The notes under the pieces were generated by a model, which saw only the letters and a program-made list of their open reading frames with translations, made no database searches and was not told the origin of the DNA. From Octopus vulgaris (lineage: Eukaryota), in the NCBI GenBank assembly GCA_951406725.2, contig OX597839.1, positions 10,912,001-10,976,000 of the forward strand: a stretch of DNA of 64,000 bases. Reading direction: 5' to 3'. Shown here piece after piece: positions 17,063 to 31,861 of the stretch. A program made the translations under genes and the position numbers. The number at the start of each line of letters is the position of its first letter. Position 1 is the stretch's first letter.

Positions 17063-17446
17063 ATCACATTTATATAAAGAGAGATGGGAGTGTCTGGGAA
17101 AAGGGGAGGTGTAGCGGTGAGGTGCCTGAGCAAGACCCTTCAGAGGCAAGAGATGGATTGGGGGAGGGGGCTGTTATAATGAGGGGAAAGTACCAGATGG
17201 TTGGGGATGAGAGCCGAGGTGAATGTAGTGAGGGATGAATGGCAGGAGAGGAGCGGGGTAGGGTTTAAGATGAGAGAGATAGGAGTGGTTCAGGGAATGG
17301 TGCCTGCAGAGCACAGTGTGTTGGGAATAAGGTGTGTGGGCGTAGGGTAATAATGAATACTAATGTATATAAAGGACAATATGTTAAGGATATGATTTTG
17401 TGTGTGGTAGTGTGTATACAGGATTATGTGAGATATGTGTATGACA

Positions 17447-17830
17447 TAGGCGTAGGAGTGGCTGTGTGGTAAGTAGCTTGTTTACCAGCCACATGGTTCT
17501 GGGTTCAGTCCCACTGCATGGCACCTTGAGCAAGTGTCTTCTACTATAGCCTCGGGCCGACCAAAGCCTTGTGAGTGGATTTGTAGACGGAAACAGAAAG
17601 AAGCCCGTCGTATATATGTATATATGTAATATATATATATGTGAATATGTGTGTGTGTGTTGTGTATCTGTTTTCGTCCCCCTAGCTGACAACCGATGCT
17701 GGTGTGTTTATGTCCCCATCACTTAGCGGTTTGGCAAAAGGGACCGATAGAATAAGTACTGTGCTCGAGTTGCTCGATTAAATGCGGTGCTTCCAGCATG
17801 GCCGCAGTCAAATGACCGAAACAAGAAAAA
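17447..17830 (+). mobile_element. SINE family A
   Basis: Colinear match to other copies. Confidence 0.85.
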
Positions 17831-18105
17831 GATAACAGATATACATAAGCAATGGTGTACAGTGTGACAAAGGATCAGAGAGTATGAGGTGCCCTTGGCA
17901 ATGTATAGCAATGGATGTAGATAACAGAAGATGGTGCAACTTAAGATTTGTGATGATGATGATGAATAGTCAGGAATGTAGAGGACTGCATGTCAGGTGT
18001 GTGTAATACGTGTGATGTCGCAGGGTGATGAACACAGAGGATTGTATGCTGTGTGTGTCGAAAGTATGATGGTGTGAGTGGCTGTGTGGTAAGTAGCTTG
18101 CTTAC

Positions 18106-18242
18106 CTTTAGTCAAGCAAATCGATCCCGGGACTTATTCTTTGTAAGCCTAGTACTTATTCTATCGGTCTCTTTTGCTGAACCACTAATTTACAGGGGAC
18201 GTAAACACACCAGCATCAGTTGTCAAACAATGCTAGGGGGAC

Positions 18243-18313
<71 letters not shown>

Positions 18314-18480
18314 TATGACGGGCTTCTTTCAGTTTCCATCTACCAAATCCACTCACGAGGCTCTGGTCGGCCCGAGGCCATAGTAGAAGGCACTTGCCCA
18401 AGGTGCCATGCAGCGGGACTGAAGCCGGAACCATGTGGTTGGTATGCAAGCCACTTATCACAGAGCCACTCCTGCACCTA
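18106..18480 (-). mobile_element. SINE family A
   Basis: Colinear match to other copies. Confidence 0.85.
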
Positions 18481-18571
18481 TATCTATATATACATATTTA
18501 AATATACATACATATGCATATTTAAATATACATACATATATATATATTACATATATATATACACACACATA

Positions 18572-18611
<40 letters not shown>

Positions 18612-19112
18612 GGTGTGTGTGCATGTGTCTATCTGTATATATGTACGTATATTAATTATTCAATTGAAACTGCGAATGATATCCCTCTAATACATCATAA
18701 AAATGCTAATTTAATGCATGAAATACGGAGTGTAATATAACATGACTAATACTTTGAAGTTAGACAGGCTTAATATCTTTAGCCTTTCAAGGTACAATGT
18801 GTATGTATATATTAAATGTAACACTATTAATAGCATGTGTTGTTAGTTCAACTCTGTGACATAATAAACATACAATGAACACAAAGGCAGATTTCATTGT
18901 TTCCTTGCTCCATTACAGAGCGAGATGTATGTATGTATGTATGTGTGTAGCAGGGGTGGGGCGCAGGGAGAGACATGTTGGCTTCCAATGATTGAGTCAG
19001 TTGAACGAAAGAGAAACTGAACAAAATAATAAAATTATAAGAATCGAAATAATGAATATATACCTATGTGTGTGTGTATATATATATGTGTATGCATATA
19101 GATATATATGTG

Positions 19113-19155
<43 letters not shown>

Positions 19156-19412
19156 ATGTATATAGATATATATGTGTGTGTATGTATATATAATATATGT
19201 ATGTATAAATATATGTATATATATATATATATATGTATATATAGATATATATATATATATATATATATATGCATATACATATATATATTTATGTATATAT
19301 ATATACATTCATGCATGTATATGCTTAAGTATGCATGTATACATATATATGCATGCGTATACACATGCATATTTATGCATATACATATGTGTATGTATCC
19401 ATGTACATATGT

Positions 19413-19443
<31 letters not shown>

Positions 19444-19562
19444 TATGTGTATGCATGTGTCTTCATATATAAATGTGTAAATGTATGGATATATGCACAC
19501 ACGCACGCACACACACAAACACACACACGCACACACATACAAACACACACACGCGCACACAC

Positions 19563-19606
<44 letters not shown>

Positions 19607-19609
19607 GAG

Positions 19610-20110
19610 CATTGCAAAAGGCTTTTGATTCAGTTGATCACAGGATGATATGTCACAAGCTACAGAGACAGAAGCCAGGCTGTGGCAGTCAATGGAGCCT
19701 CTCCAAAGAGACAGTAATAGCAATAGGGTCCCTCAGGGAACCGGCTTGCAGTCACTGTTGTTTATGGTAGCTCTTCTGGACATGCTATCAGTTACACAGA
19801 CAGCCACACTACTGATACAGAGCCACACATCTTACACACACACACCACTTATAGTCCTGTACAAGCACTACTATATATCACCACACACCTTATCCACACC
19901 ACAAAGAAGCCTCTGTGTGTGTGTGTATGTACTGTATGTATGTGTGCATGTATGTATGTATATGTATGTGTATACAGAATACATGTACACATATATATAT
20001 TATATATACATGTGTATATATATATATTTATAGATATACACACACACATACATATATATATATGCAAGTATATATATGCGTGTGTTTATATACATATCTA
20101 TATCTATCTA

Positions 20111-20153
<43 letters not shown>

Positions 20154-20188
20154 ATATATATATATATGTGTGTATGTATATATGTGTG

Positions 20189-20244
<56 letters not shown>

Positions 20245-20274
20245 TGTATCTATATCTATCTATCTATCTATCTA

Positions 20275-20313
<39 letters not shown>

Positions 20314-20370
20314 GTACATATACATGTATGTGTGTGTATATACATATACATATCTATATCTATCTATCTA

Positions 20371-20417
<47 letters not shown>

Positions 20418-20825
20418 TATCAGCATAAAAGAAATGAAAGCAGTCGAGTAACCTTTCAATGCTAATCTTCTACAGAAAACTTCAGATGCCACATATAAAT
20501 GAACTGAGGAAAAATAGCTTGAAATTTAATGCAGAAAATTCCAAGTCCTCTGTTATCATCCAGTTTGTGCTAACGTGGCTGCAACAAAGATACTTTGGAC
20601 CAAAAGAAGCAGCAATCCCAAAAGTCAAGTAGAGTATGAGATCTGGAGATTCATATGAGCAACATGTTGCCATGATGATGGCAATGGGCAGGCAAATGGC
20701 TGGCTGAATTCTGAAGACTTTCAGAACAAGGACTAGGAAAATGTGCCGGTTTTATGGAGGACATTTGTCTTCAGTTGCTTGGACTACTGCTCTCGATTGC
20801 AGTCACCACACATTGTCAAATTATT
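19610..20825 (+). pseudogene. Decayed CR1/L2-type LINE reverse transcriptase, split by microsatellite
   Basis: 19610-19812: KAFDSVDHRMICHKL...AVAVNG...[19 protein letters not shown]; 20415-20825: LKFNAE...MAG*ILKTFRTR...LWRTFVFSCLDYCS...SPH. Confidence 0.8.
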
Positions 20826-20868
20826 AGCAATGGTGCCATGATAAATTGCACCCAGTACTTTCTGTAAA

Positions 20869-21182
20869 GTGGAGGCACATGGCCCAGTCGTTAGAGCAGC
20901 AGACTCGCGGTCGAGGGATCACGGGTTCGAATCTCAGACCGGGTGATGTGTGTGTTTATGAGCGAAAACACCTAACACCTAAGCTCCACGTGGCTCCGGC
21001 AGAAGCGAATGGCGAACTTCTGCTGACACTTTCGCCACAACTTTCTCTCACTCTTTCCTCCTGCATCTTGCAGCTTATCTGCGACGGACCGGCATCTCGT
21101 CCAGGTGAAGAACCTATACGCCAAGAAACTGGGAAACCGGCCCTTATGAGCCAGGCATGACTCGAAAAGGAACAAACAACAA
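20869..21182 (+). mobile_element. SINE family C2
   Basis: Colinear with 8097-8395. Confidence 0.9.
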
Positions 21183-21268
21183 GTTGTATCAATGGAATGG
21201 CTGTACTATTGGAAGAGACTGAAAGAGTGTTGACTCAGTTCCGGGAACGAAGACAGGAGAAATGTATA

Positions 21269-21517
21269 TTGGGTCCATGCATAATTATTGTGGCTTTTTT
21301 TCAACAAATTTCATCCAATAAAAACAATAATAATATTTATCAAAAACATCTTTAAATAATGGTCTGATCGTCTGCCAAGCAAATGGGAAGCAGTAATTGA
21401 AGTAGATGGTGAATAAGCTCTGGAATAATCATTTAGAGATGTTTTTCTTACATGTTATTTTTTTTTGTTGAATAATATTTGTTGAAAAAATGCCGCAATA
21501 ATTATGCGCCAATCCAA
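21269..21517 (+). mobile_element. mariner-derived MITE
   Basis: Imperfect TIRs TTGG..GCATAATTATTGTGGC..TTTTTCAACAAAT / ATTTGTTGAAAAAATGCCGCAATAATTATGC..CCAA, TA flanks; internal remnant DRLPSKWEAVIEVDGE* resembles the mariner transposase C-terminus. Confidence 0.75.
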
Positions 21518-21589
21518 TAGTAATATACATATCAAAGAACCTGAGATGCTTTGGTACTAAACTTTGGTATCACACTGACAGAAGGCCGT

Positions 21590-21620
<31 letters not shown>

Positions 21621-21839
21621 ACGTATGTGTGCGTGTATGTGTTCATGTGTCTGTGTTTGTTCCCCCAACATCGCTCGACAACCGATGCTGGTTGCATTTT
21701 CGTTCCCGTAACTTAGCAGTTCGACAAAAGTACTAGGCTTACAAAGAATAAGTTCTGGGGCCAATTTGCTCGACTGAAAGGCAGTACTCCTGCATGGCCA
21801 CAGTTAAAAATGACTGAAACAAGTAAAAGAGTAAAAGAA

Positions 21840-21885
<46 letters not shown>

Positions 21886-21919
21886 ATATTGTATATATAT
21901 ATGCATATATGTGTCTGTG

Positions 21920-21972
<53 letters not shown>

Positions 21973-22021
21973 GTATATATTGTATATATATGCATATATA
22001 TGTCTCTGTATATACATATAT

Positions 22022-22428
22022 AGGCGCAGGAGTGGCTGTGTGGTAAGTAGCTTGTTTACGAACGACATGGTTCCGGGTTCAGTTCCACTGCGTAGCACCT
22101 TGGGCAAGTGTCTTCTACTATAGCCTCGGGCCAACCAAAGCCTTGTGAGTGGATTTGGTAGACGGAAACTGAAAGAAGCCCGTTGTATATATATGTAAAT
22201 ATATATATTTGCGTGTGAGTGTTTGTGTGTCTGTGTTTGTCCCCCTAGCATTGCTTGACAACCGATGCTGGTGTGTTTATGTCCCCGTTACTTAGCGGTG
22301 CAGCAAAACAGTTCGATAGAATAAGTACTGGGCTTACAAAAGAATAAGTCCCGGGGTCGAGTTGCTCGATTAAAGGCAGTGCTCCAGCATGGCCGCAGTC
22401 AAATGACTGAAACAAGTAAAAGAGTAAA
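22022..22428 (+). mobile_element. SINE family A, full length
   Basis: Colinear match to other copies. Confidence 0.9.
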
Positions 22429-22429
22429 G

Positions 22430-22518
<89 letters not shown>

Positions 22519-23263
22519 TATACACATATATATATGTCTGTGTATATATATATATATATGTGTCTGTGTGTATACATATATATATATATATGTGTGTATA
22601 TATATATATATATGTCTGTGTGTGTGTATATATATATATACATATATATATATAGAACTTGTAAGTAGTGTATATTATCTGTGCATATGTTTAAACTTTG
22701 TACTCGTTTTTAGTATGACTTCCATCATTAACCGATTATTTTGGGCGAGGGGATTCTTTACAAGAGATGTATTGAGTTGACTAATTATTTTCTTATCGTG
22801 TAATAAAGTGCACTATGTCTGCGTTTCATTGCATAGTGACTCAGCAGGAAAGTGCTGCACTTGTAGGGCCAATATAAAAGCTATATATAAGTATGCACAT
22901 ATGTGTGTCTGTATAAGTAGGTGTATATCTATATATGTGTGTGTGTATGTATATGAAGGTATGTAAATATATATGTATGGGTATGTATGTTTGTATGTAT
23001 ATACACATATATATGTGTGCATATATATATATATACATATATGTGTATGTATACATATATGTACGTGTATTTACATGTATTTATACATTTATATATTTAC
23101 ATAATCATATATATGTGATGATGATGATGATGATGATAATGATGTGTGTGTATATATATATGTGTATATATATATATATACATATATATATATACACACA
23201 CACATATATATATGTATATATATATATGCACACATATATATATACACATATATATATACACAC

Positions 23264-23342
<79 letters not shown>

Positions 23343-23343
23343 C

Positions 23344-23421
<78 letters not shown>

Positions 23422-23479
23422 ACATATACATATATATATATATATTCATATACATATACATATATATATATACATATAC

Positions 23480-23510
<31 letters not shown>

Positions 23511-23511
23511 C

Positions 23512-23589
<78 letters not shown>

Positions 23590-24255
23590 TACATATATGC
23601 ATATACATATATATATATGTGTGTGTGTGTGTGTGTTCGTAGGAATAGATATGTATATATAGATAAGCATATACTTATACGTTCTCTCGAAAGTTTATAA
23701 AATTGTTACGATATCAACAACACACACACAGACACACACACACACACATACACACACATTAACACACACACACACACACATACACGCATACATATATCAT
23801 GATTCTCCTTCAGCATACCGATACTCATAAACAGTTTTTAGACCTCAATACACTTAGGCATCACAGTAAAACATTAGGTCAATAAAGAGAGTAATATCAA
23901 TCAATAAATTATATAAGAACAGGAGTCGCTTGCATTGGCTTACACTCGTTTCTGTTATAAGTAAATGTGCATCCAGAGCTGAGTGGTCATGCAACTTCTT
24001 ATACATAAGTACATACATAGAATTGCATATATGTATGTATGCATGTATGTATGTATGTATGTATGTGTATGTATGTGTATGTTTGTATGTATGTATGTAT
24101 GTATGTGTGTGTATGTCTGTGTGTATGTATGTATGTATGTATTTATGTATGTTTGTATGTATGTATGCATGTATGTATGTGTGTATGTTTGTATGTGTGT
24201 ATGTTTGTATGTATGTATGTATGCATACATGTATGTATGTATGTATGTGTGTATG
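22430..24255. repeat. Compound (TA)n/(CA)n/(TATG)n microsatellite region
   Basis: Direct inspection. Confidence 0.95.
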
Positions 24256-24360
24256 ATTTTTATTGTTTACTTGTTTCTGTCATTAGATTATGGCCATGCT
24301 AGAGCACTGCCTTCAAGAATCTTCATCAAATTGCTTGACACTAATACTTATTACTTTTCC

Positions 24361-24780
24361 TCATCATCATCATTGTTTAACGTCCGCTTTCCATGCTAGC
24401 ATGGGTTAGACGATTTGACTGAGGACTGGCGAACCAGATGGCTGCACCAGGCTCCAATCTGATCTGGCAGGGTTTCTACAGCTTGATGCCCTTCCTAACG
24501 CCAACCACTCCAAGAGTGTAGTGGGTGCTTTTACGTGCCACCGGCATGGGGGCCAGTCTGGCGGTACTGGCAATGACCACGCTCAAATGGTATTTTTTAT
24601 GTTCCACCTGCACAGGATCCAATCCAGCGGCACTGGCAACGACCTCGCTCAAATGTTTTTTTCTCACGTGCCACCAGCACAAATGCCAGTAAGGTGATGC
24701 AGATAACGATCACGCTCAAATGGTGCTTTTTACATGCCATCAGCACAGAGGCCATCTTGTTGCTCTGACAACGATCACGC
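24361..24780 (-). mobile_element. Retroposon family D
   Basis: (CAT)n on the + strand, conserved TGCCCTTCCTAACGCCAACC block, internal ~60-bp tandem units. Confidence 0.85.
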
Positions 24781-25210
24781 AATGAGCCTGGATCCATGTG
24801 GCTGGGAAGCCAACTCTCTACTACACAGCTACCAGAAAATTTCATGACTTTTTCTTAGGATATATTTCCACAAGGAGACTGAATATACATGAATATATAT
24901 ATACATACATACTTACATACATGCATACATACATACATACATACATACATACATACATACATACATACATACATACATACATACATGCATATACCTATAT
25001 TAGATATATGATATTCTCATGAAAACAGAAATACATGTACATATATTATGTGTGTGTATGTACATACACACACACACATATATATATGTATGTATGTATA
25101 TTTATGCATGTATACTTGCATATATATACACACATACATGTACATGTGCAAATATTTATGTGTGTGTATATGTATATATAAATATATACATATGTATATG
25201 TATGCATATT

Positions 25211-25241
<31 letters not shown>

Positions 25242-25974
25242 TTATACACACATATGCATACATACATATACATACATAGACATACATATATATACATCCA
25301 TATATATATATATAAATCCACATATATGTATATACATACATATACATACATATATATACATGTATATATCCACATATATGTATATAGATATGCATACATA
25401 CATACATACATATATACATACATACATACATACGTACATATACATACACATATCACTAGTTCCTTAATGATTGTTCAGTTACTTTGCAGGAGAGAGAGAG
25501 ACAGAGAGAGAGAAAGAGAACTCTAGCTGGAAATCTTATTCTCTTGTTAATTATATAAAATACAGCATATCGCTTTTTTTCTTCCTTAATATTTATTTAA
25601 TTTAATTACTCTTCAACGACACTGTTTATTCCTCTACTATTCGTAGACAGACTGTTTCAACATGACTATGTCTCCTCAGTACGAACTAATTAGACGTATA
25701 GTAATTACATTTTATTTGTTAGCAAAAAAAAAAAGCAATAATTGATAGAGATAGGTAGAAATCTTTGAAACAAATATTTCTAAAGAAACAAAGTTGGTTC
25801 ATAGTTCATTTCAAATCAGGTTGAAAAGAAGGAAAATTGAAATTGGCACATGGTTGTTTTTTTTTTTTCCAATATATCCTTCCCTATTGACGTCAGTTTG
25901 CAGGCTGTTTTCCAGTATAACTGAGTTCCATGGAGATTTTCATTCCAGAAATTCTGTATGTGCTGCAAAATAAA

Positions 25975-26260
<286 letters not shown>

Positions 26261-26333
26261 CTTAGCTGCCTTATACGGCTCCTTCACTGCTTACTTTTCC
26301 TGAGTACAGTCTTGAGGTTTCACTTAGCAACCA

Positions 26334-26367
<34 letters not shown>

Positions 26368-27084
26368 CAACGATATATTGTATGTACACATGCGCACATA
26401 TGTGTACACAAGTACACATGCACACATATATTCTTTATTAACTCAACAAGCAGTATTAGTTCAAAATAGCATTCTGTGTATCATACTTAATATAGACATA
26501 GAAACTGAAGTATTCATTTAAGTGAATTTTGTTGCAAATTTTTCTATATTTGTTTGACAGGGAAATTTAATCTAAGATCAAGAAAACTTTTCCAGTTGGT
26601 TATATACCAGTCTACCAGATGACTTTCTTGTATTTTATCAAATAATTTTCTTAAATTTACCAAATTTTTTTTATTTTATTAAAGAAAAACATTTCATAAC
26701 AAAACTTATTTTATTAAAATAATCTTTTTTTTCTTTCTTTGTATAGTATTCAGTTTCTTAAAATATTTTTGTACCATTTTCAGACAGAAATTATAAACAG
26801 CCTTGTAAATAACATGTTTTTTAAAACATTTCTCATATAATAAAGTATTTAGTGCTTCCATACATAGTCAGGGACAGTTTTTTTAATATTGATATTGCTT
26901 TACCAAAGAAAATAGCTTTTCTATTAAAACTGAAGAATGAGGCAATTATAGTAAGTTTATCGTTAATTTCAAGATAATTGGGGAATTAATTTTATTGCTA
27001 GCATTTTTCTTCAGAAATATAATTCTAGTATTTCTCTGATTTTAAAATTTCGTTTAGTTGCATTCGCTATTGATATCTTTTATC

Positions 27085-27472
27085 TTCAATCTTTTACTTG
27101 CTTCGGTCATTAGACTGTGGCCATGCTGGGGCACCGCCTTGAAGAATCTTTTAGCCAAATAAGTCAACCCAGTACTTTCCTTTTTTTAAACCTGGTACTT
27201 ATTCTATTAGTCTCTTTTGCCAAACCACTAAGTTATAGGGACATAAACACACTTATGCCAGTTGTCAAATAGTGATGGTAGACAAACACAGACGCAAACG
27301 CACGTACATATACAACAAGCTTCTTTCAGTCTCTGTCTACCAAATCCATTCATATGGCTTCAGTTATCTTGAGGCTATAGTAAAAGACACTCACCCAAGT
27401 TGCCACTCAGTGGATCTGAACCAAGGCCCATGTGATTGTGAAGCAAACTTTTTATTGCACAACCACTCCTAC
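27085..27472 (-). mobile_element. SINE family A, diverged
   Basis: Colinear match to other copies. Confidence 0.8.
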
Positions 27473-27892
27473 ACTTATCATCATATTCTTTTCATGAAGA
27501 ATATTTGGTAATTTTACAGCCTGTGGGATTAGAGGAGGTGGCTATCCTTGAGACACATTTTCTCTGTCTAAAAGGCTTTCATCCATCATCTGGTCAGGTG
27601 ACTTGCCCAAACCAATGTAACCATGCCGATGTCACAAAAATATCTTAACTGTGCATGCAATGATTATAGATGCTACTGGTTTGCTAACTCAACTGGTTGG
27701 TCCTGGCCACTGACAGTTTGTTGTCTGTTCATCACCTTAGCATCTAATGATATTCACCATTGACTTAATGAATTCATTAGCCAAAATAGTTCACATCCAC
27801 CATGCTGTTTCCCATGATTTTAACATACCCTGGCTCAGGTAGCTACATGTTATTTAATCCATGCCTGAGACCGGGGAACAATAGTGGCTAAG

Positions 27893-28300
27893 AGGCGGCG
27901 AGCTGGCAGACACGTTAGCACGCCGGGTGAAATGCATAGCCGTATTTCGTCTGCCGTTACGTTCTGAGTTCGAATTTCACCGAGGTTGACTTTGCCTTTC
28001 ATCCTTTCGGGGTCGATAAATTAAGTACCAGTTACACACTGGGGTCGACTTAATCCGTTTGTCTGTCCTTGTTTGTCCCCTCTGTGTTTAGCCCCTTGTG
28101 GGTAGTAAAGAAATAGGTATTTTATCTGCTGCTGTGTTCTGAGTTCAAATTTCGCTGAGGTCAACTTTGCTTTTCATCCTTTCAGGGTTGATTAAATAAG
28201 TACCAGTTACGCACCAGGGTCGATATAATTGACTTAATTCGTTTGTCTGTTCTTGTTTGTCCCCTCTGTGTGTAGCCCCTTGTGGGCAGTAAAGAAATAA
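27893..28300 (+). mobile_element. tRNA-derived SINE, family B (with tandem 3' duplication)
   Basis: GGCGGCGAGCTGGCAGA head, GAGTTCGAATT B-box-like, central GCCTTTCATCCTTTCGGGGTCGATAAATTAAGTACC block typical of conserved SINE central domains; many copies. Confidence 0.85.
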
Positions 28301-29175
28301 GATGTGGTTCCACACTCCTCAAAACCCTGGAACTTTCAAACAAGGAAGCGACCACCAGATGCAGCTTAAATGTTATTGAATTAGTGAAAAGTTTAAATGG
28401 CACAACCTGATTTTATATTTCTTCACTTAATCTGACATAAAAATGAGTTTTCAACTGCAATTCTTCAACTTCATTGATTTAGATTCTTGGAGAATATTCT
28501 TGCTTCGTGATGTATTTCTTAAAGGACAGGTAGATTGAGGTATTATTAACATCAACCTTTGATATAACTACATCTTTTAGAACTTGTATTTTAGTAAAAT
28601 TAACAAGGATATCTTTCATGTTATTGTTGATGGAAGCACACAGCCAAAGAATTCTGAAGCTTTCAGCTTTAAATTCTAAATCTATTTTATTTATACATGA
28701 CAAACTAAAAGATAGGAATGCTAAGTGGATTTTACCATTGAATTCTATAAAACTGCTAGTATTGTAGATGCTAAGGTTCTGCCATCTTCTAATGCTATTC
28801 AAGTATAAAATAAGAATGCGTTAGTCCTCCATTCAATAGTTTTTCTCATACTTGCTTAAATAATAAACATCATGTACGACTGTGGTGTAAAAATCTGTTT
28901 TTAAGGTTGAAACAGTCTTATATTATAAGGCCACATGTCTCAACATCCTCATAAGCAGACGCATGAATGCAACTAGATCAAAACTAGGAAGAATCGGCAA
29001 AAGAACCTAAATAAAATTAATAGGAAATTTCATGAAAGTTTCAGAATAACATTTTGGAATGGCTGCACAGGAATAATAAATTGATTTGAAATCATCCACG
29101 ACAGATAAGATTATATATTCACCAACTCAATATTATAGATGAATGTTATATAAATAATATTGCACACTATATTAA

Positions 29176-29395
29176 CCCTTTTGTTACTGTATTTATTTTG
29201 AGATGCTCTGTGTTTCTTTCAATTACTTTAAATATAAGAAAGAATTTAGTAAAATAACTTAGTTATCATTCAGCTAGTTTTAAGAACATAAATTGTGACT
29301 AAGGTTTGGTGGAAGATTTTAATTCCAAAACTTATGCAAACAGACATTTGTACTCAGAGCCAGAGCTGGTTTCAACCAGGTTGGTAACAAAAGGG
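29176..29395. mobile_element. piggyBac-type MITE
   Basis: TTAA|CCCTTTTGTTAC...GTAACAAAAGGG|TTAA. Confidence 0.85.
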
Positions 29396-30149
29396 TTAAG
29401 GCAGTGAGCTAGCAGAATTGTTAACAGCATTTTATCTGTCTGTGTTCTGAGTTCAAAGTCTGCTAAGGTCGACTCTCTTTTCATCCTTCTGGGGTTCATA
29501 AAATAAGTACCAGTTGAACACTGGGATTGATGTATTTGACTTATCCTCTCCCCTGAAATCGCTGGCCTTGTGCCAAAATTGGGAACTGATATCACACACT
29601 ATATCTATGCTTTTTTACAATAATAGTATAGAGATTTTAAAAATCATGGTACAGAACTTTTCTATTTAAGCAAGGACGTTGGAGACACCATAGAAATTTC
29701 ATTTTTTGTAAGCTTATATATATATTTCAAACTTGATCCAAAATTAATACCAGTTGACTAATAGTGGCATTTAAACACATAACAACTTATCAACTACTAA
29801 AAATATCAACAACCAGCAAGTAAGAAAATTCAGGAAAAACATTATCAAGATATTTAATGAATTGATGCAAAATCTTATAAGCCATAATATAAAGGTATTC
29901 AGTATTTTATATGTAATATTTAATCTTAATTACAATGAATCCCACCCAAGTATTCAACCATCATTTTTATTTATACACATCTTTACTTTACATCTTTACC
30001 CAGCATTTAGAAATATACTTTGCCTAAACAAGTAAGATAACCTCAGCTACCTCTTACAATGAAACCTTGTTTAATAGAATAACAAATGTATATAATACTG
30101 GCCCAGCTTCCAGTGGTTTCAAAGAAACAACTGAATTTTACAAATATAC

Positions 30150-30580
30150 ATCATCATCATCATCATCATCATGATTTAACGTCCGCTTTCCATGCTAGCA
30201 TGGGTTGGACGATTTGACTGAGGTCTGGTGAATCAGATGGCTGCAGCAGGCTCCAGTCTGATCTGGCAAAGTTTCTACAGCTGGATGCCCTTCCTAACGC
30301 CAACCACTCCGAGAGTGTAGTAGGTGCTTTTACGTGCCACCGGCATGAGGGCCAGTCTGGCAGTACTGGCAATGGCCACGCTCAAATGGTGCTTTTTATG
30401 TGCCACCTGCACAGGAGCCAGTCCATCAGCACTGGCAACGACCTTGCTCGAATGTTTTTTCACATGCTACCAGCACAAGTGCCAATAAGGCGACGCAGGT
30501 AACAATCATGCTCGAATGGTGCTTTTTACGTGCCACCAGCATGGAAGCCAGTTTGTTGCTCTGGCAACGATCACGCTTGG
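30150..30580 (-). mobile_element. Retroposon family D
   Basis: Colinear with 24361-24780. Confidence 0.85.
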
Positions 30581-31476
30581 TGGAACGATGTGCAAGAGAA
30601 AGGTCTTATGGTTTAACACACTTTCTTCATTAAGTGTCAGTATACCTTGATTGGAAAACATTACTTTGTCTTGTAAGAAATTATTTCACTGTTATACTTC
30701 ATTATTGCAAAATCTTCAACCCAAACGCACTTAAATAGAGCTACTCCACACTAACAAACCTCCTTAGTGTCCACTGTTATGATATATAACAGCCAATTAT
30801 CAAATTTATGAGCAGGCAATGCTGTCTTGCAAAATCACTTATCTATTCAGCTACAGTTAAATCTAACATTAACCACAAAAGCTTGGTTATATCAGGCTAA
30901 CAGCAAACCCACTTAAACTTAGATACTACCAGCACAATAATTCTTTACCTATGAAAAGTATTACACAAATTCTTCCACCGTGATTACCCAATTATTTGTT
31001 TGGATATTACTAAATAATTTTCCACAATTTTCCAAAAGCTCTAATTTAACCAGATTAAATTTTTTTAAAAAGTCATAACAAACTTCATTTTATTAAAAAT
31101 TTTATGGTTTTTTCTTCTTCATTGATATAAAATTTAGTGTGTTTGTTTTATTTTCATTTCTTTTCAACATCTTTCAAATGCTTGCCATTCAGTCCATAAC
31201 ATGATATTTAAAAAAACTTTTCCTATGTAATAAAGAATTAAGAGCTTTCATACTTAGTCAGGGACAATCTTTTTAGGCAGTTATATTGTTTACCACAGTA
31301 AACAAAGTTTCTGATACAAATAGAGCAAAAAGCAATAATAGTAAGTTTATCATTACTCTCAGGATAAATGGCAAACAAAAGTTTATCTCCAGAGATTTTC
31401 TTCAGAAATATAATGCTATATAATAGTTTAGTTAGCAAACCCATATACACACAAAACACACAGACACATTTACATG

Positions 31477-31507
<31 letters not shown>

Positions 31508-31861
31508 ACACACACTCACTCACTCACTCGCTCTCACACACACACATTCACACACACATACACACACACACTCACTTACTCACTCACACACACACACACT
31601 CACTCACTCACTCACACACACACACACACACACTCACTCAGTCACATACACACACACTCACACACACACACACAGATACAGACACAAATGCATGTGCAGA
31701 TAAGGATACACACCATAGAAAGACAATGTACTACGCAGAACAGGAGTGGTCACATGGGATGTAGAGTTGCTCAAGAGGTCACAGGTGTGTGACAAAAGTC
31801 TTCCAGACAATGGACATATAAAAAGAACAATAATAAACAAGTGAAGAATAAATATATATAA

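Noticed and set aside
20869-20945. Possible tRNA-Arg gene (also 8097, 32885, 46265, 54160)
   Set aside because: tRNA-like heads continue into shared SINE bodies with tails and TSDs, and the acceptor stem is not intact.
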